Positions 28,929 to 40,947 of a DNA stretch of 64,000 nucleotides are shown piece after piece. The stretch comes from Nitrosopumilus sp. (GTDB lineage: Archaea > Thermoproteota > Nitrososphaeria > Nitrososphaerales > Nitrosopumilaceae): positions 416,001 to 480,000 of the forward strand of contig OZ242186.1 in NCBI GenBank assembly GCA_965205675.1, written 5' to 3'. The notes beneath the pieces are model-generated. The model did no database searches and was not told where the DNA came from. It saw only the letters and a list, made by a program, of their open reading frames with translations. Each line of letters begins with the position of its first letter. Within the stretch, counting starts at the first letter, position 1. The translations under genes and the position numbers were made by a program.

Positions 28929-29436
28929 TCTCCTATTTTACAACACTTCAAAAGATAGCAGCAGTTAGATTAAGTGACATTTTCCTGTGTGATTTCTGTT
29001 GCCACATCTAACCATTCAACAAAACTCTCATAACTTTTGACTCGTACTGCCTAAGGACTAGCGGTATGTTGTGTGTTGGTGTATTGAAAATGTATATTCT
29101 GATTTGGAATGCAAAAACAGTGGAACATTGATTTTCTTTAGAATATACAGCAGCAGGAGGGAAATCATGCGTTGGTATTTGTTTTTCATAGAATAAAATG
29201 ATTATCAATAATTGATGATTAGTTTGATGTATGATTAGGTAAAATATTGATGATTTCTAGAAAGCCTAAAAAATAAAGTTATTTTTAATTGAAATGTAAG
29301 CTACAAAGTTATAATTGGGATGATGAAAATATTTCAATTGTCAAATCAAATATGCAAAATTTTTAGGAATTGTAAATTTGTATTTAATCTTTGACCAAAG
29401 TTTAATATACAGAGTTTTGATTTTACCGATCGAACT

Positions 29437-31554
29437 ATGGCTACTGTTAAGAAAATTTTTGAAGAAATTATTCAAACCGATCATAAAGTTATCACTGAAG
29501 AATCGTCAAAATCTATCCTCAAAACTTATGGCGTTAAAGTTCCTTCTTATGCACTTGCCACTTCTGCAGATGATGCAGTAAAGCAAGCAAAGAAAATGGG
29601 TTTTCCTCTTGTCATGAAAATTGTATCTCCACAAATTTTACACAAAACTGATGTTGGTGGAGTTAAAGTTGGAATTGATAATGTCAGTGATGTAAAAAAG
29701 ACATTCAATGATATGCATGGTCGTCTTTCTAAAAAGAAAGGTGTTGAAGTTAAAGGAATTCTTTTAGAAAAGATGGTTCCAAAAGGTGTTGAACTAATTG
29801 TAGGTATTCAAAATGATCCACAATTTGGTCCAATGATTATGGTTGGATTGGGTGGAGTAATGACTGAAGTTTTCAAAGATGTTTCATTTAGAATGTTACC
29901 TATTACAACTTCTGATGCAAAATCAATGTTAAATGAACTCAAAGGTTCCAAACTTCTCAAAGGGTTCAGAGGAAGTATCCCTATTGATCTTAACATGGTA
30001 GCAAAAATGTTAGTTCAAATTGGAAAATTAGGCGTAGAAAATGCAGATTATATTAATAGTATTGATTTTAATCCTGTGGTCGTTTACTCAAAATCATATT
30101 TCGTAGTTGATGCAAAAATCATTCTAAATAATCAATTAAAGGAAAATTCTATCTCAAAAACAAAACCTATCATTACTTCAATGGAGTCGTTCTTTACTCC
30201 CAAATCTGTTGCACTAGTTGGTGCATCTGCAACTCCTGGCAAAATTGGTAATTCTGTATTAGATGCACTTGGAAAACAAGATTACAAAGGTAAAGTATAT
30301 CCAATTAATCCTAAACAAAAATCAATTCTTGGTATCAAATGTTATCCATCATTAGATGCAATAACTAAAAAAGTTGATCTGGTTGTTGTTTGTATTGATC
30401 TTTCATTATGTGGACCAATAATGAAGACTTGTGCCAAAAAAGGCATTTACAATGTTGTAATTGTTTCGGGTGGTGGTAAAGAGCTTGGTGGTGATCGAGC
30501 CGCAATGGAAGCTGAAGTAAAAGAATTATCTCTAAAACACAAAATTCGTGTAATTGGTCCTAATTGTATTGGAATGTTTAACGCAGCAAATAGACTTGAT
30601 TGTGCATTCCAAGGACAAGAAAGAATGGTACGTTCAAAATTAGGCAATGTTGCATTCTTCTCACAAAGTGGAACTATGGGAATTAGTATGTTAGAAAGTG
30701 CTGATTTATTTGGTTTATCAAAAATGATTAGTTTTGGTAATCGTTCTGATGTTGATGAAGCAGATATGATATGGTATGCTGCAAATGATCCTCAAACTAA
30801 GGTAATCGGATTATATGTTGAAGGGTTTGGTGATGGCAGGAAATTCATCAATACTGCAAAACGTGTAATGAAAGAAAAAAAGAAACCTATCGTTATTTGG
30901 AAGAGTGGTAGAACTACTGCAGGGGCAAAACAAGCTGCATCACACACTGGCTCACTTGGAGGCTCGAATGCAATGATTATGGGTGCATTCAAACAAGCAG
31001 GAATTATTTCAGTTGACAGTTATCAAGAACTAGTTGGAGTCTTAAAGGCACTAGCCTGGCAACCTCCTGCAAAAGGCAATCGTGTTGCAATGACTAGTAA
31101 TGGTGCAGGTCCAATGATTGGCGGAATTGATCAATTAGAAAGATTGGGTCTTACAATAGGAGAATTGTCTCCATCGATACTCAAAAAAATAAAATCTCGT
31201 TTTCCACCTACTGTTCCCATTCATAATGGTAATCCAGCAGATGTTGGTGGTGGTGCAACTGCAGATGATTATCGATTTGTCATTCAACAATTCATAGATG
31301 AAAAAAATATTGATATTGCCATGCCATGGTTTGTTTTCCAAGATGATCCGCTTGAAGAAACCATTGTAGGTTATCTTGCAAATCTCTCAAAGAAAAAGAA
31401 GAAGCCTATTTTGGCTGGTGGTAATGGTGGTCCATATACTGAAAAAATGATAAAATTGATTGAAAAACACAATGTTCCAGTTTATCAAGATCTTCGAACT
31501 TGGGTTGCAGCAGCATCTGCATTGGCTCAATGGGGCAAAATACGCGGAAAATAG
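29437..31554 (+). CDS. 3-hydroxypropionyl-CoA synthetase (ADP-forming), HP/HB cycle
   Basis: ATP-grasp N-terminus (HKTDVGGV) + CoA-binding (GPNCIG, SHTGSL); adjacent crotonase as in Nmar_1309/1308. Confidence 0.85.
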   Translation: MATVKKIFEEIIQTDHKVITEESSKSILKTYGVKVPSYALATSADDAVKQAKKMGFPLVMKIVSPQILHKTDVGGVKVGIDNVSDVKKTFNDMHGRLSKKKGVEVKGILLEKMVPKGVELIVGIQNDPQFGPMIMVGLGGVMTEVFKDVSFRMLPITTSDAKSMLNELKGSKLLKGFRGSIPIDLNMVAKMLVQIGKLGVENADYINSIDFNPVVVYSKSYFVVDAKIILNNQLKENSISKTKPIITSMESFFTPKSVALVGASATPGKIGNSVLDALGKQDYKGKVYPINPKQKSILGIKCYPSLDAITKKVDLVVVCIDLSLCGPIMKTCAKKGIYNVVIVSGGGKELGGDRAAMEAEVKELSLKHKIRVIGPNCIGMFNAANRLDCAFQGQERMVRSKLGNVAFFSQSGTMGISMLESADLFGLSKMISFGNRSDVDEADMIWYAANDPQTKVIGLYVEGFGDGRKFINTAKRVMKEKKKPIVIWKSGRTTAGAKQAASHTGSLGGSNAMIMGAFKQAGIISVDSYQELVGVLKALAWQPPAKGNRVAMTSNGAGPMIGGIDQLERLGLTIGELSPSILKKIKSRFPPTVPIHNGNPADVGGGATADDYRFVIQQFIDEKNIDIAMPWFVFQDDPLEETIVGYLANLSKKKKKPILAGGNGGPYTEKMIKLIEKHNVPVYQDLRTWVAAASALAQWGKIRGK

Positions 31555-32352
<798 letters not shown>

Positions 32353-32975
32353 CTGTTTCTAATTTCTTTCTTATTTTATTATTTTAAAAGAAGCAAACAT
32401 TGCAGGGACATTAGAGAAATGCAAAGCAAAGTACTCAATTGCATCTAAATTCATTGTGACAGTTACAAATTCAGAATCATCAGATACATAATTACTAATT
32501 ATGATTACAACATATTTTTTGTAATCTAAATTTTCAAGAAAGATAATTCCATCCATTTTAAGTATTTTCAAATCTAAAAGTATCATATCAAGCGTAGTTT
32601 CAAGTTATTTAAGGCCAAGTCTTGCATCAAAATAAGATCCAACAACTTTACAATTATGATAAAAACTTGTTGTATTCTCAAGAAACAATCTCATAGATTG
32701 AGAATCATTAATGATCATGATTTTCATTTTAATCATATCTTAAATTCAGTATAATTGAATGTGTAGTCATGTGTGTTTGATTTGAACTCATGCTAGGGTA
32801 TTAAGAAAATATGATTATCAGTATTATAATAAAAGCGTGTAGAGATCCTGAAAAATATCAGATCCCATAATTTTATTTGGATCTGATGTTTTTCTCTATT
32901 GATTTTAAACCGGATATATGATCAGAAAAACTAGATAATATGATAGGAATGAAAATTATAACTTCCTGAAAAGAA

Positions 32976-33434
32976 TTAATCTTTCTCTGGTGTTTCTTTA
33001 GCTGGTTCTTCTTTAGCTGGTTCTTCTTTCTCTGGTGTTTCTTTAGCTGGTTCTTCTTTCTCTGGTGTTTCTTTAGCTGGTTCTTCTTTCTCTGGTGTTT
33101 CTTTAGCTGGTTCTTCCACTGTGTCAGAAACAGGTTCTGATTCTTTTTCAGGAATTACAGTAGTAGGTTCTATATCTTCATCATATCTAGAAACAAGAAC
33201 ATATCCTTTATCGGTTTTACTCATTCTAACTCTAACTTTCCTCGGAGGATTTCTAACACCCTTTGCCCAAACTTCATGAGCTAACTCTTCTTCTATTTTG
33301 ATTGTTTCAACTTTCATGTGATGTTGAGCAAATTCTCTAATCATGTTAATTGCTCTAACAGCTCTATGTTGAGGTTGTGAAAGTTTTACTTTACCAAGAT
33401 TAATTGTGTAAACTCGTTCTAATTCCTGAGACAT
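32976..33434 (-). CDS. rpl31e: 50S ribosomal protein L31e with acidic repeat tail
   Basis: ERVYTINL..RAVRAI..PPRKVRV. Confidence 0.95.
   Translation of the reverse strand: MSQELERVYTINLGKVKLSQPQHRAVRAINMIREFAQHHMKVETIKIEEELAHEVWAKGVRNPPRKVRVRMSKTDKGYVLVSRYDEDIEPTTVIPEKESEPVSDTVEEPAKETPEKEEPAKETPEKEEPAKETPEKEEPAKEEPAKETPEKD
32981..33116 (-). repeat. 30-bp coding tandem repeat (EEPAKETPEK)
   Basis: ~4.5 units within rpl31e 3' end. Confidence 0.9.
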
Positions 33435-33593
33435 CTATCCGACCTCCACATCAGTTGATCTCCAAGCTCTACGTTTTGGATTGGTTCTAACACTTCTTTT
33501 AGTTTTGAGAATTATCCATGCGGGTACCGGCGAAGCCTGCCTGGTCTTTTTGAGTAGACGAATTTTCCTTGGAGATGACTTACGTGCAGCCAT
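33435..33593 (-). CDS. rpl39e: 50S ribosomal protein L39e
   Basis: Manual translation MAARKSSPRKIRL..PVPAWII..NPKRRAWR. Confidence 0.95.
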   Translation of the reverse strand: MAARKSSPRKIRLLKKTRQASPVPAWIILKTKRSVRTNPKRRAWRSTDVEVG

Positions 33594-33630
33594 AGATCAT
33601 GAGGCACGGAAAGCTCTTTTTAAATGAATC

Positions 33631-34179
33631 TCAGGATTTAATGCAATCTTGAATCTGTTTTAGTATTCTAGCAGAAGCTCCCCAAACAATTTGATTTTGA
33701 TATTCAAACGTATACATTTCTTGGATAATATTATGAGTAGGATCTGGATCGAGAGATGCAGTTTTCAGAAAGGATTCTAAAGGAATCTGAAGAATTTTTT
33801 CCACTTCAAAATTTGCTGAAAGTGTAGGGATTTTTTCGATAATTGAGATGAATGGTAAAATTAGAAAACCAGAATTCAATGTAACTACAGGTTCTAGTTG
33901 ACCAATAACTTGTTCTTTAGAAATTGAAAGTCCCACCTCTTCACGAGTTTCACGTAATGCAGTATCCAAAAGATTAGAATCATTAGAATCTAATTTTCCA
34001 CCAGGAAAGGAAATTTCTCCAGCATGGAATTTCATATGTTTTGGTTTTTCAGTCATCAAAACAACTGGATCATCACCATAAATCACTACAAGAATTGATG
34101 CCAATCTATATTCTTCAGGATTTGGAATTAGAGGATTAATAGCGCTAGAAAGGTTAGATTTTAAATTATCTAAAAGCAT
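33631..34179 (-). CDS. Nudix CoA pyrophosphatase-like hydrolase
   Basis: HAGEISFPGG, ALRETREEVG, VWGASA. Confidence 0.9.
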   Translation of the reverse strand: MLLDNLKSNLSSAINPLIPNPEEYRLASILVVIYGDDPVVLMTEKPKHMKFHAGEISFPGGKLDSNDSNLLDTALRETREEVGLSISKEQVIGQLEPVVTLNSGFLILPFISIIEKIPTLSANFEVEKILQIPLESFLKTASLDPDPTHNIIQEMYTFEYQNQIVWGASARILKQIQDCIKS

Positions 34180-34253
34180 TGTAGTTCTTTCCTACTATTC
34201 CATATGGGTTTTGGTATTCAAAGGTTTTAATCGAGAAGAGAAGAAATTAAAAT

Positions 34254-34988
34254 ATGACAATTAGATACGAGGCAAATCCTCCAAAAATTTTACCCAATAC
34301 AGATACAAATGAATCAATTCAAAAATTTGTAGAAAAGATAAAGATTATTTCAGAAAAATGTGATGCAATTCATCTAACTGAAAATGTTCTAGGATTTCAA
34401 AGAGTCTCACCCATCAAAGCAGGAAAAATAATCAAAAAAGAAATTCCAGATATTCCAATAACGGTAAGTCTAAGAGTTAGAGACAAAACTGAAAATGAAA
34501 TTTCAGAGTTTGTAAAAGATTGTATTTCAATAGGCTTTTCAGGGATTTTGATACTAATGGGAGACTCATCACAAACAGGATGGAAAGATTCAGGACAAAT
34601 TCCTAGCTTGACGGTAAAACGATTAAGAGAACAAGGAGTAGATTCAAAAATTGATTTGTATCTATCTATATCAAACAAGCCTAATTTTGCCAAAATGAAC
34701 AAAAAGATAGATGCAAATCCCAAGGGGTTCATTACCCAGGTGATTCAAAACATAGAGCAGGTCAAAGATTTGTCAGATAATCTCAAAGGATTTACAATAA
34801 TACCTATTCTTTTATATCCATCATCCAAAAATGAAAAATCTGCAAAATTTTTGAATTTAAATTTGGCAAAATATACTCAAGAGTTTGAAACATTATTACA
34901 AAAAACACAAGAAATTACTGGAGACGTTTTACTTACATCCCCAAATGATTTCACGGGTGTGGATGAGTTTTTAAAAAAATCTACTTAG
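34254..34988 (+). CDS. Methylenetetrahydrofolate reductase-like protein
   Basis: EANPPK, LRVRD, ILMGD, FITQ; adjacent to metH. Confidence 0.7.
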   Translation: MTIRYEANPPKILPNTDTNESIQKFVEKIKIISEKCDAIHLTENVLGFQRVSPIKAGKIIKKEIPDIPITVSLRVRDKTENEISEFVKDCISIGFSGILILMGDSSQTGWKDSGQIPSLTVKRLREQGVDSKIDLYLSISNKPNFAKMNKKIDANPKGFITQVIQNIEQVKDLSDNLKGFTIIPILLYPSSKNEKSAKFLNLNLAKYTQEFETLLQKTQEITGDVLLTSPNDFTGVDEFLKKST

Positions 34989-37483
34989 AGCGTAAAATAT
35001 TTTGCATCTGGATGATGAACTACAATTGCTGCAGTGGATTGTTCAGGAATAATCTGGCCCGATTCAGTCAAGGTCATGCCAGATTTTTCAGGATGTAACA
35101 ATTTCCAAACTAGATGATGTTGAGCGACATCAGGACAACTAGGAAAGCCCCAACTATACCTTAAACCTCCTTTTTCTAAATTAAGTTCAGATTTGATTCT
35201 GCGATTTACCCATTCAGCTAGAGCATCTGCAACTTCAACTGCCAACCCATGAAGATAATATGCATCTGTATACCTGTCTTCCTTATTCCATTGTTCAATG
35301 ATATCTGCCACTTTATTTCCTACAGTTACAGATTGAAATGCAACAACATCATCATCACCAAAATAATCAGTCAAACACAGATGATCTGGTTTTGTAGAGC
35401 GTGGGAATTCTAATTCCACATCATCACCGTTAAGATTCTCAACGAGTAATTTTCTATCCTTATTATGACATTTAAAATAACCATACACAATTTCAGGCTC
35501 AAATAGTTTTTCTCTAATAATTCGAATTTTCCACTCAGATAGTAATTGTTCATGTTCAGATTCGGATTCAAATCCTGCCTTTCCTCTCAAACCCCAAGAC
35601 AGTTTGAAAAGGGATTTTTTATCAATCATAGTCCAAACTTCGGCCATATTGATTTGAACTTGTTTTAATCTAATTGACTCCCCAATTTTTTCAGGTGTTG
35701 GAGCTTGTATTGGTTTAACATCACTTCTTGGAAGAGTATCAGGATCAATAGTTACAGTAGACTTTTCTTTCCAATTTTCTAGTTTTGCTTTCCAATCAGA
35801 TAAAAGTTGAGGTTTTTGATCAGAAATCAGAATATCCATTGTTTTAAGACCTTCAAACATAGTATTGCAATAAAATACACCAGAGTCATAAATTCCATCT
35901 TCTTTTGCTATTCGATTAATGTAATTGCTGTTAATTGCAGCACCACCGCAAAGAATTGGAATAGCCATATTGTTTTTTCTTGCATGCTCTACAAAGAATT
36001 TCATTTGTTTTGATGTAGATACTAACAATGCAGATAGTCCTATTGCGTCAGGTTTTGTTTCATCAATTTTTTCAAGAAATTTCTGTAATGGTACTTGTTT
36101 TCCTAAATCATGTACAGTATATCCATTGTTTTGAAAAATTGTCTTTACAAGATTCTTTCCAATATCATGTACATCACCATAAACAGTACCTAAAACAAGA
36201 ACGCCTTTACTGGTTCCCTCTTCTTTGATTAAATATTTTTCTAATTCGCCAACTGCAGCTTTCATACATTCAGCAGATTTTAAAACAAAAGGCAAAATCA
36301 GTTCACCTGCACCAAATTTATCACCAACTTCTTTCATAGCGGGAAGTAGATCTTCATTGAGAGTTCTAATAGCACTGTCATGAGTAACTTCTTTTGGAGC
36401 ATCAATAGAGAGAGTTCCTTCTGTATCTTTGATAATGTTATTTTTATCAAGTTTCTCTACAATTGCAGATACTACATCATTTCCAATTCCATCTTTGAGT
36501 CTATTTACAATTCTAAAATTAGCGCGTTTTCCTGCAAGCCAGAGAGGGTTAACATCTACCTTCTTTGACGCAGTATTACTCTGAAGTCCAGCATCCTCAA
36601 AATAAGCAATCAAATCAGACAAAGCATCTGAATGAGTATTAAAAATTAGATCTTCTGCAAGTTTTTTCTCTTTCTCATCAACTTCACCGTATGGAATAAT
36701 CTCTTTAGCGTTAACAATTGCAGTATCAAGACCAGTTTTGACTGCATGATATAGAAACACTGAATTTAAAATTTTTCGAGCATAAGGTGCTAACCCAAAA
36801 CTAATGTTACTCAGACCTAAAGTAGTGTACGAATTTGGAAATTTTTCTTTAACAAGCCTAATTCCGTCCAACGTATTTTTTCCTGCATCAAGAAACTCAT
36901 CTTCACCTGTTGCTAAAGTAAATGTAAGAACATCAAAAATAAATTGTTCAATTTTTAATCCATATTTTTTTCCTGTTTCATATAATAATTCAGCAGTATC
37001 AACTTTTTGCTGGGCAGTTTTTGCCATACCCGCAGGGCCAATACACAATGCAATTGCAGGTAAACCATATTTTACCATCAAAGGAGCAAGTTTTTCAAAT
37101 CGACTACCATCACCTTCAAGATTTATGGAATTAATTATAGGTTTACCAGGAATTTGTGTGACAGAGGCTTCAATAACTTCAGGATCTGTAGAATCAATTA
37201 CCAATGGTGCATCAATTTCCAAGCTTAGTCGTTTAACTAAATTTAACATGAATGCTTTTTCATCAGCACGTTCAGTTGTAGCAACACAAATATCAAGACA
37301 ATGTGCACCATTTTCTACTTGGATTCTTCCTAAATCAACTAAACCATCATAATCATCATCAAGTACGAGTTTTTTAGCTTTACGAGAACCCTGGGTGTTG
37401 ATTCTCTCTCCAATAATTAGAGGGGCAGGAATTTGTTTTAGATCAACTGCTTTCAGTGCGGAACTCACTCTAGGAACTGTCAA
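34985..37483 (-). CDS. metH: Cobalamin-dependent methionine synthase, pterin/B12/activation domains
   Basis: IIGERIN, GDVHDIGKNLV, RYSWGFPSCPD. Confidence 0.93.
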   Translation of the reverse strand: MTVPRVSSALKAVDLKQIPAPLIIGERINTQGSRKAKKLVLDDDYDGLVDLGRIQVENGAHCLDICVATTERADEKAFMLNLVKRLSLEIDAPLVIDSTDPEVIEASVTQIPGKPIINSINLEGDGSRFEKLAPLMVKYGLPAIALCIGPAGMAKTAQQKVDTAELLYETGKKYGLKIEQFIFDVLTFTLATGEDEFLDAGKNTLDGIRLVKEKFPNSYTTLGLSNISFGLAPYARKILNSVFLYHAVKTGLDTAIVNAKEIIPYGEVDEKEKKLAEDLIFNTHSDALSDLIAYFEDAGLQSNTASKKVDVNPLWLAGKRANFRIVNRLKDGIGNDVVSAIVEKLDKNNIIKDTEGTLSIDAPKEVTHDSAIRTLNEDLLPAMKEVGDKFGAGELILPFVLKSAECMKAAVGELEKYLIKEEGTSKGVLVLGTVYGDVHDIGKNLVKTIFQNNGYTVHDLGKQVPLQKFLEKIDETKPDAIGLSALLVSTSKQMKFFVEHARKNNMAIPILCGGAAINSNYINRIAKEDGIYDSGVFYCNTMFEGLKTMDILISDQKPQLLSDWKAKLENWKEKSTVTIDPDTLPRSDVKPIQAPTPEKIGESIRLKQVQINMAEVWTMIDKKSLFKLSWGLRGKAGFESESEHEQLLSEWKIRIIREKLFEPEIVYGYFKCHNKDRKLLVENLNGDDVELEFPRSTKPDHLCLTDYFGDDDVVAFQSVTVGNKVADIIEQWNKEDRYTDAYYLHGLAVEVADALAEWVNRRIKSELNLEKGGLRYSWGFPSCPDVAQHHLVWKLLHPEKSGMTLTESGQIIPEQSTAAIVVHHPDAKYFTL

Positions 37484-37515
37484 TGTTGTAAAATCACATC
37501 TGTTTTTCTAAATAC

Positions 37516-38478
37516 TTAACCCTCGACAGAGTTGGCCTTTTCGTCAATTACTTTCCTCAAGACTCGAATATGTTCAGGGTTTGTTCCACAACAACCACCA
37601 ATTATTCGGACTTTTTTGTAGTTATTAAGAAAATCGCCTAGGGCAGTTCCCATTTTATCCGGAGTCATTTTGTAAACTGCTTGTCCACCATCATTTTCAG
37701 GCATGCCCGCATTTGGGATTACCAGTACACTATGTTCATTTTGTTCATCAAGCCACTGTACACTGGGAGTCATCTCAATCGGACCAGTAGAACAGTTCAA
37801 CCCAAATACATCAATTCCCATATCAGAAACAGTTGTGTATGCAGCTTGAATGTTTGTCCCAAGCAACATCTTTCCATATTGATCCAAAGTAGTATTTGCG
37901 ATTATTGGAATTTTTTTCCCAGTTTTGGCTGTAATATTATGACATGCTTCAATTACTAATTTTACTTCAAGGATATCCTGACTAGTTTCAATAAGCAATG
38001 CGTCAACTCCTCCTAAAATCAATCCTTTAGATTGTAGCTCAAATGCATTCCTAATTTCATCAAGAGATTTTTGTCCTAAATCAGGATCATTTGAACTTGG
38101 AAGATATCCAGTTGGTCCCATAGAACCAATCACATAACGAGGTTTGTCAGCATACTCAGCACATACATCAGATGCAAGAGTGGCGATTTTTTTATTAAAA
38201 TCAATAGTTTGATCACCAAAACCGTATTCATCAAGTTTAATTTTATTTGATCCAAAAGAATTAGTTTCAATACAATCAGAACCGGCATCTAAATAATTTC
38301 TATGGATTTGTTTAATCCATTCAGGATGTGTCAATACTAGACCATCATTAAATCCATCTTGATTGTTTGGAAAATCTTCAGGTTTGGGGTCATGTCTTTG
38401 AATCTCAGTTCCCATAGCACCATCAAAAAGTAAAATTCTATTTTTCATTGCGTCGAGAAATGGTTCTTTTTTTGTCAA
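37516..38478 (-). CDS. metH: Methionine synthase homocysteine-binding subunit
   Basis: DGAMGT, GLNCSTGP, GGCCGT. Confidence 0.93.
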   Translation of the reverse strand: MTKKEPFLDAMKNRILLFDGAMGTEIQRHDPKPEDFPNNQDGFNDGLVLTHPEWIKQIHRNYLDAGSDCIETNSFGSNKIKLDEYGFGDQTIDFNKKIATLASDVCAEYADKPRYVIGSMGPTGYLPSSNDPDLGQKSLDEIRNAFELQSKGLILGGVDALLIETSQDILEVKLVIEACHNITAKTGKKIPIIANTTLDQYGKMLLGTNIQAAYTTVSDMGIDVFGLNCSTGPIEMTPSVQWLDEQNEHSVLVIPNAGMPENDGGQAVYKMTPDKMGTALGDFLNNYKKVRIIGGCCGTNPEHIRVLRKVIDEKANSVEG

Positions 38479-38578
38479 CTTGATTTCAGAATATTCTTGG
38501 ACAGTTTAACTCTTTTCAGAAAAAACCACAAGAAAGGGTGATTTTGATACGTATATTGAAATTAGGCAAAAATTAATT

Positions 38579-39691
38579 TTGTATACATTTATGCAAAAGT
38601 TACATGTTAATAATCTAGTTCGTAGTGCGACATTTTTTCAACATGCAGGAATTTCAATAGTCTTTGTTTTCATGCCTATAATTGCAAGAGATGTAACAGA
38701 ATCAATTTTTGAGATTGGTCTTTTAGTAGCCTCATTTAGTTTTGCTCAAATTTTATCTGAAATCTATTTTGGGAGACATTCAGACAAAAAAGGAACCAGA
38801 CTCAAATTCATCAGAATTGGTTTCATAGGATGTGCCATTGCATTTGGATTACATTATTTTGCAGATGATCTTAGCATGTTTTTCCTAGTAAGGATTGTAG
38901 CAGGAGTTGCGAGTGGAATCATGATTCCAGCCATGATTGCTTACACATATGAAGCAAATATTGACAAAAAGATGGCAGCCACAGTAATCTCATTTCATGC
39001 ATTAGGATGGTTAGCAGGAATAGTAGCTGCAGGACTTGCAAATGATTTAAAATTGATTTTTTTGATTAGTGCAACATCATTTGTGATAGGATTAATCTTT
39101 ACAATAAAACTACCAAATCCAGGACAGAAAAAAGAAGTAGAGCCAGGAACAACAACAAAAATTATTTCAAAAAATAAATTTCTCTTTTTGTCATTATTAC
39201 TAAGACATATTGGAGCAGCAGCAGTGTGGACTATTCTTCCAATAATGATTGTTGAAAGATGGGGAGGAGATCTTTATCACATTTCAATCGTATATGTTGC
39301 AAACACGCTAACTGCATTTATTTTGATGAATGTGATGGCAAGCAGAATTCACTTATCTAATGTAACTAAATTCAAAATTGGAATAGGGTGTACAACATTT
39401 GTGTTTGTAGGATTATCTTTAGTTACAGAGTGGTGGATGGCAATGCCATTTATGTCACTTGTTGGAGCTACATGGGCATTTTTGTTCATAGGTGGAAATT
39501 TTCATCTGATGGAAAATAATCCAAAATCTACATCAACGGGAATATTTAGCTCAACATTATCTATTGCTACTGTAATCGGACCTGTAATTGCAGGAAGTAT
39601 TGCGTTTGCATTTAATTATGTTACAGTAATGTATTTTGCAATTGCAATTATCATATGTGCATTTATAGTATCATTAAAAATTAGGAAATAG
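38579..39691 (+). CDS. MFS transporter
   Basis: Multiple TM helices, GRHSDKKG motif A. Confidence 0.88.
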   Translation: MYTFMQKLHVNNLVRSATFFQHAGISIVFVFMPIIARDVTESIFEIGLLVASFSFAQILSEIYFGRHSDKKGTRLKFIRIGFIGCAIAFGLHYFADDLSMFFLVRIVAGVASGIMIPAMIAYTYEANIDKKMAATVISFHALGWLAGIVAAGLANDLKLIFLISATSFVIGLIFTIKLPNPGQKKEVEPGTTTKIISKNKFLFLSLLLRHIGAAAVWTILPIMIVERWGGDLYHISIVYVANTLTAFILMNVMASRIHLSNVTKFKIGIGCTTFVFVGLSLVTEWWMAMPFMSLVGATWAFLFIGGNFHLMENNPKSTSTGIFSSTLSIATVIGPVIAGSIAFAFNYVTVMYFAIAIIICAFIVSLKIRK

Positions 39692-39714
39692 AAACAGAAA
39701 GTTTGAAGTTATAC

Positions 39715-40158
39715 TTAATCGTCATCTTTGTAGTTATCTGGATTAGAGGATTGAAATGTTTTTTTCAAAGCTTTGAGATATTTGATGATTTCATCATCGG
39801 ATAACTCAGATTTGAATTTTTCATTTTTAATAGACCTCTTGCGTAATTATAGAGATTTTTTCTCAAATTTTGTATTTTAACAGAATTCATACCTGAAAAT
39901 TCAAATTTCTCAACCAATTTGAAAAATCCTGCAGCAAAATTCACGCCTAGAAATAATTACGCAAGACGTCTAATATCTTTTTGAGTATACTCAATAACAA
40001 AAATTCGTCACCCTATTTTGAACTCGATTTACGTACATTGTAGATTCAAGTTTAAATTTCAGGAATTAGTATAATTTGGAAGATTTTGGGTCATGAATAT
40101 TTGTTAGACAGTATATGATGATCGTATAGATTCATATGGTATCATGATAGAAACCATG
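39715..40158 (-). pseudogene. Degraded small ORF interrupted by MITE
   Basis: MVSIMIPYESIRSSY|TQKDIRRLA continues across MITE; internal stop/frameshift. Confidence 0.4.
39988..40113. mobile_element. 126-bp IS630-type MITE, copy 2
   Basis: TA on both sides; nearly identical to 28803-28928. Confidence 0.88.
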
Positions 40159-40179
40159 AAAATATATTGCAATAAAAAA

Positions 40180-40947
40180 TTATCTTAATCCCCAACGAGA
40201 CATCACTTTATTTTCTAGTCTTTTGAAAATTATTCCATCAACTATCAATCCAATCATCATAATTACCACCATAATTCCGATTACTTGAGAAACATCAGTA
40301 AGAGAGCGACCTGCATTGAGTAGGAATCCCAATCCTAGGAATGAAAACAAAATTTCTGCACCAATTACACCTCTCCAAGCAAATGCCCAGCCTTGCTTAA
40401 AACCAGAAATCATGTAAGGGAAAGCTGCAGGGATTAAAACAGATGTAATTAATTGACTACCTTTAGCACCCATGTTTCGAGCAGCTTCAATAAAATGTGG
40501 ATCGATATTTTTGACACCAGTGTAAGTATTGATAGTAACTGCAAAAATCGCACCAATTGCAGTAACGAAAATAATTCCTCCATTAGTTAAACCAAACCAA
40601 AGTATAGCCAATGGAACCCAAGCAATTGATGGAATTGACTGCAACCCCAAAACCAAAGAACCAACAGTTTGGTTGATGACTTCTATTCTTGCCATAAAAA
40701 TCCCAAGTGTAATTCCTCCGCCAATAGCAATACCTAATCCAATAGATAATCTCCACATACTAGTTGCAATGCCATAAAACAAACTACCATCAGTTGCACC
40801 ATATGCTAAATCTTGAGCTACTTCATATGGAGATGGAAAAATATTATTAGGCCAGATTCCAGAAATTGCAATAACTTGCCAAACGACAACAATACCTACA
40901 TAGAATCCAATTCGATGAAGAGTGTAGTTCTTTCTCATAATTATCAC
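40180..40947 (-). CDS. Nitrate/sulfonate/bicarbonate-type ABC permease
   Basis: QSIPSIAWVP, EAARNMGA. Confidence 0.9.
   Translation of the reverse strand: MIIMRKNYTLHRIGFYVGIVVVWQVIAISGIWPNNIFPSPYEVAQDLAYGATDGSLFYGIATSMWRLSIGLGIAIGGGITLGIFMARIEVINQTVGSLVLGLQSIPSIAWVPLAILWFGLTNGGIIFVTAIGAIFAVTINTYTGVKNIDPHFIEAARNMGAKGSQLITSVLIPAAFPYMISGFKQGWAFAWRGVIGAEILFSFLGLGFLLNAGRSLTDVSQVIGIMVVIMMIGLIVDGIIFKRLENKVMSRWGLR

Larger units (their letters stand above)
23324..29266 (-). mobile_element. Degraded IS5-like DDE element, outer shell of IS nest
   Basis: 20-bp TIR GGCTT(C/T)CTAGAAATCATCAA at 23324-23343 and 29247-29266; transposase remnants at ~23330-23700, ~28500-28800 and ~28930-29210 (YHEQNKT..IFSEVKRRF). 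Confidence 0.7.

Noticed and set aside
34985-38478. Split metH as a pseudogene or novelty
   Set aside because: Split falls at a domain boundary with both halves intact; split MetH is a known arrangement
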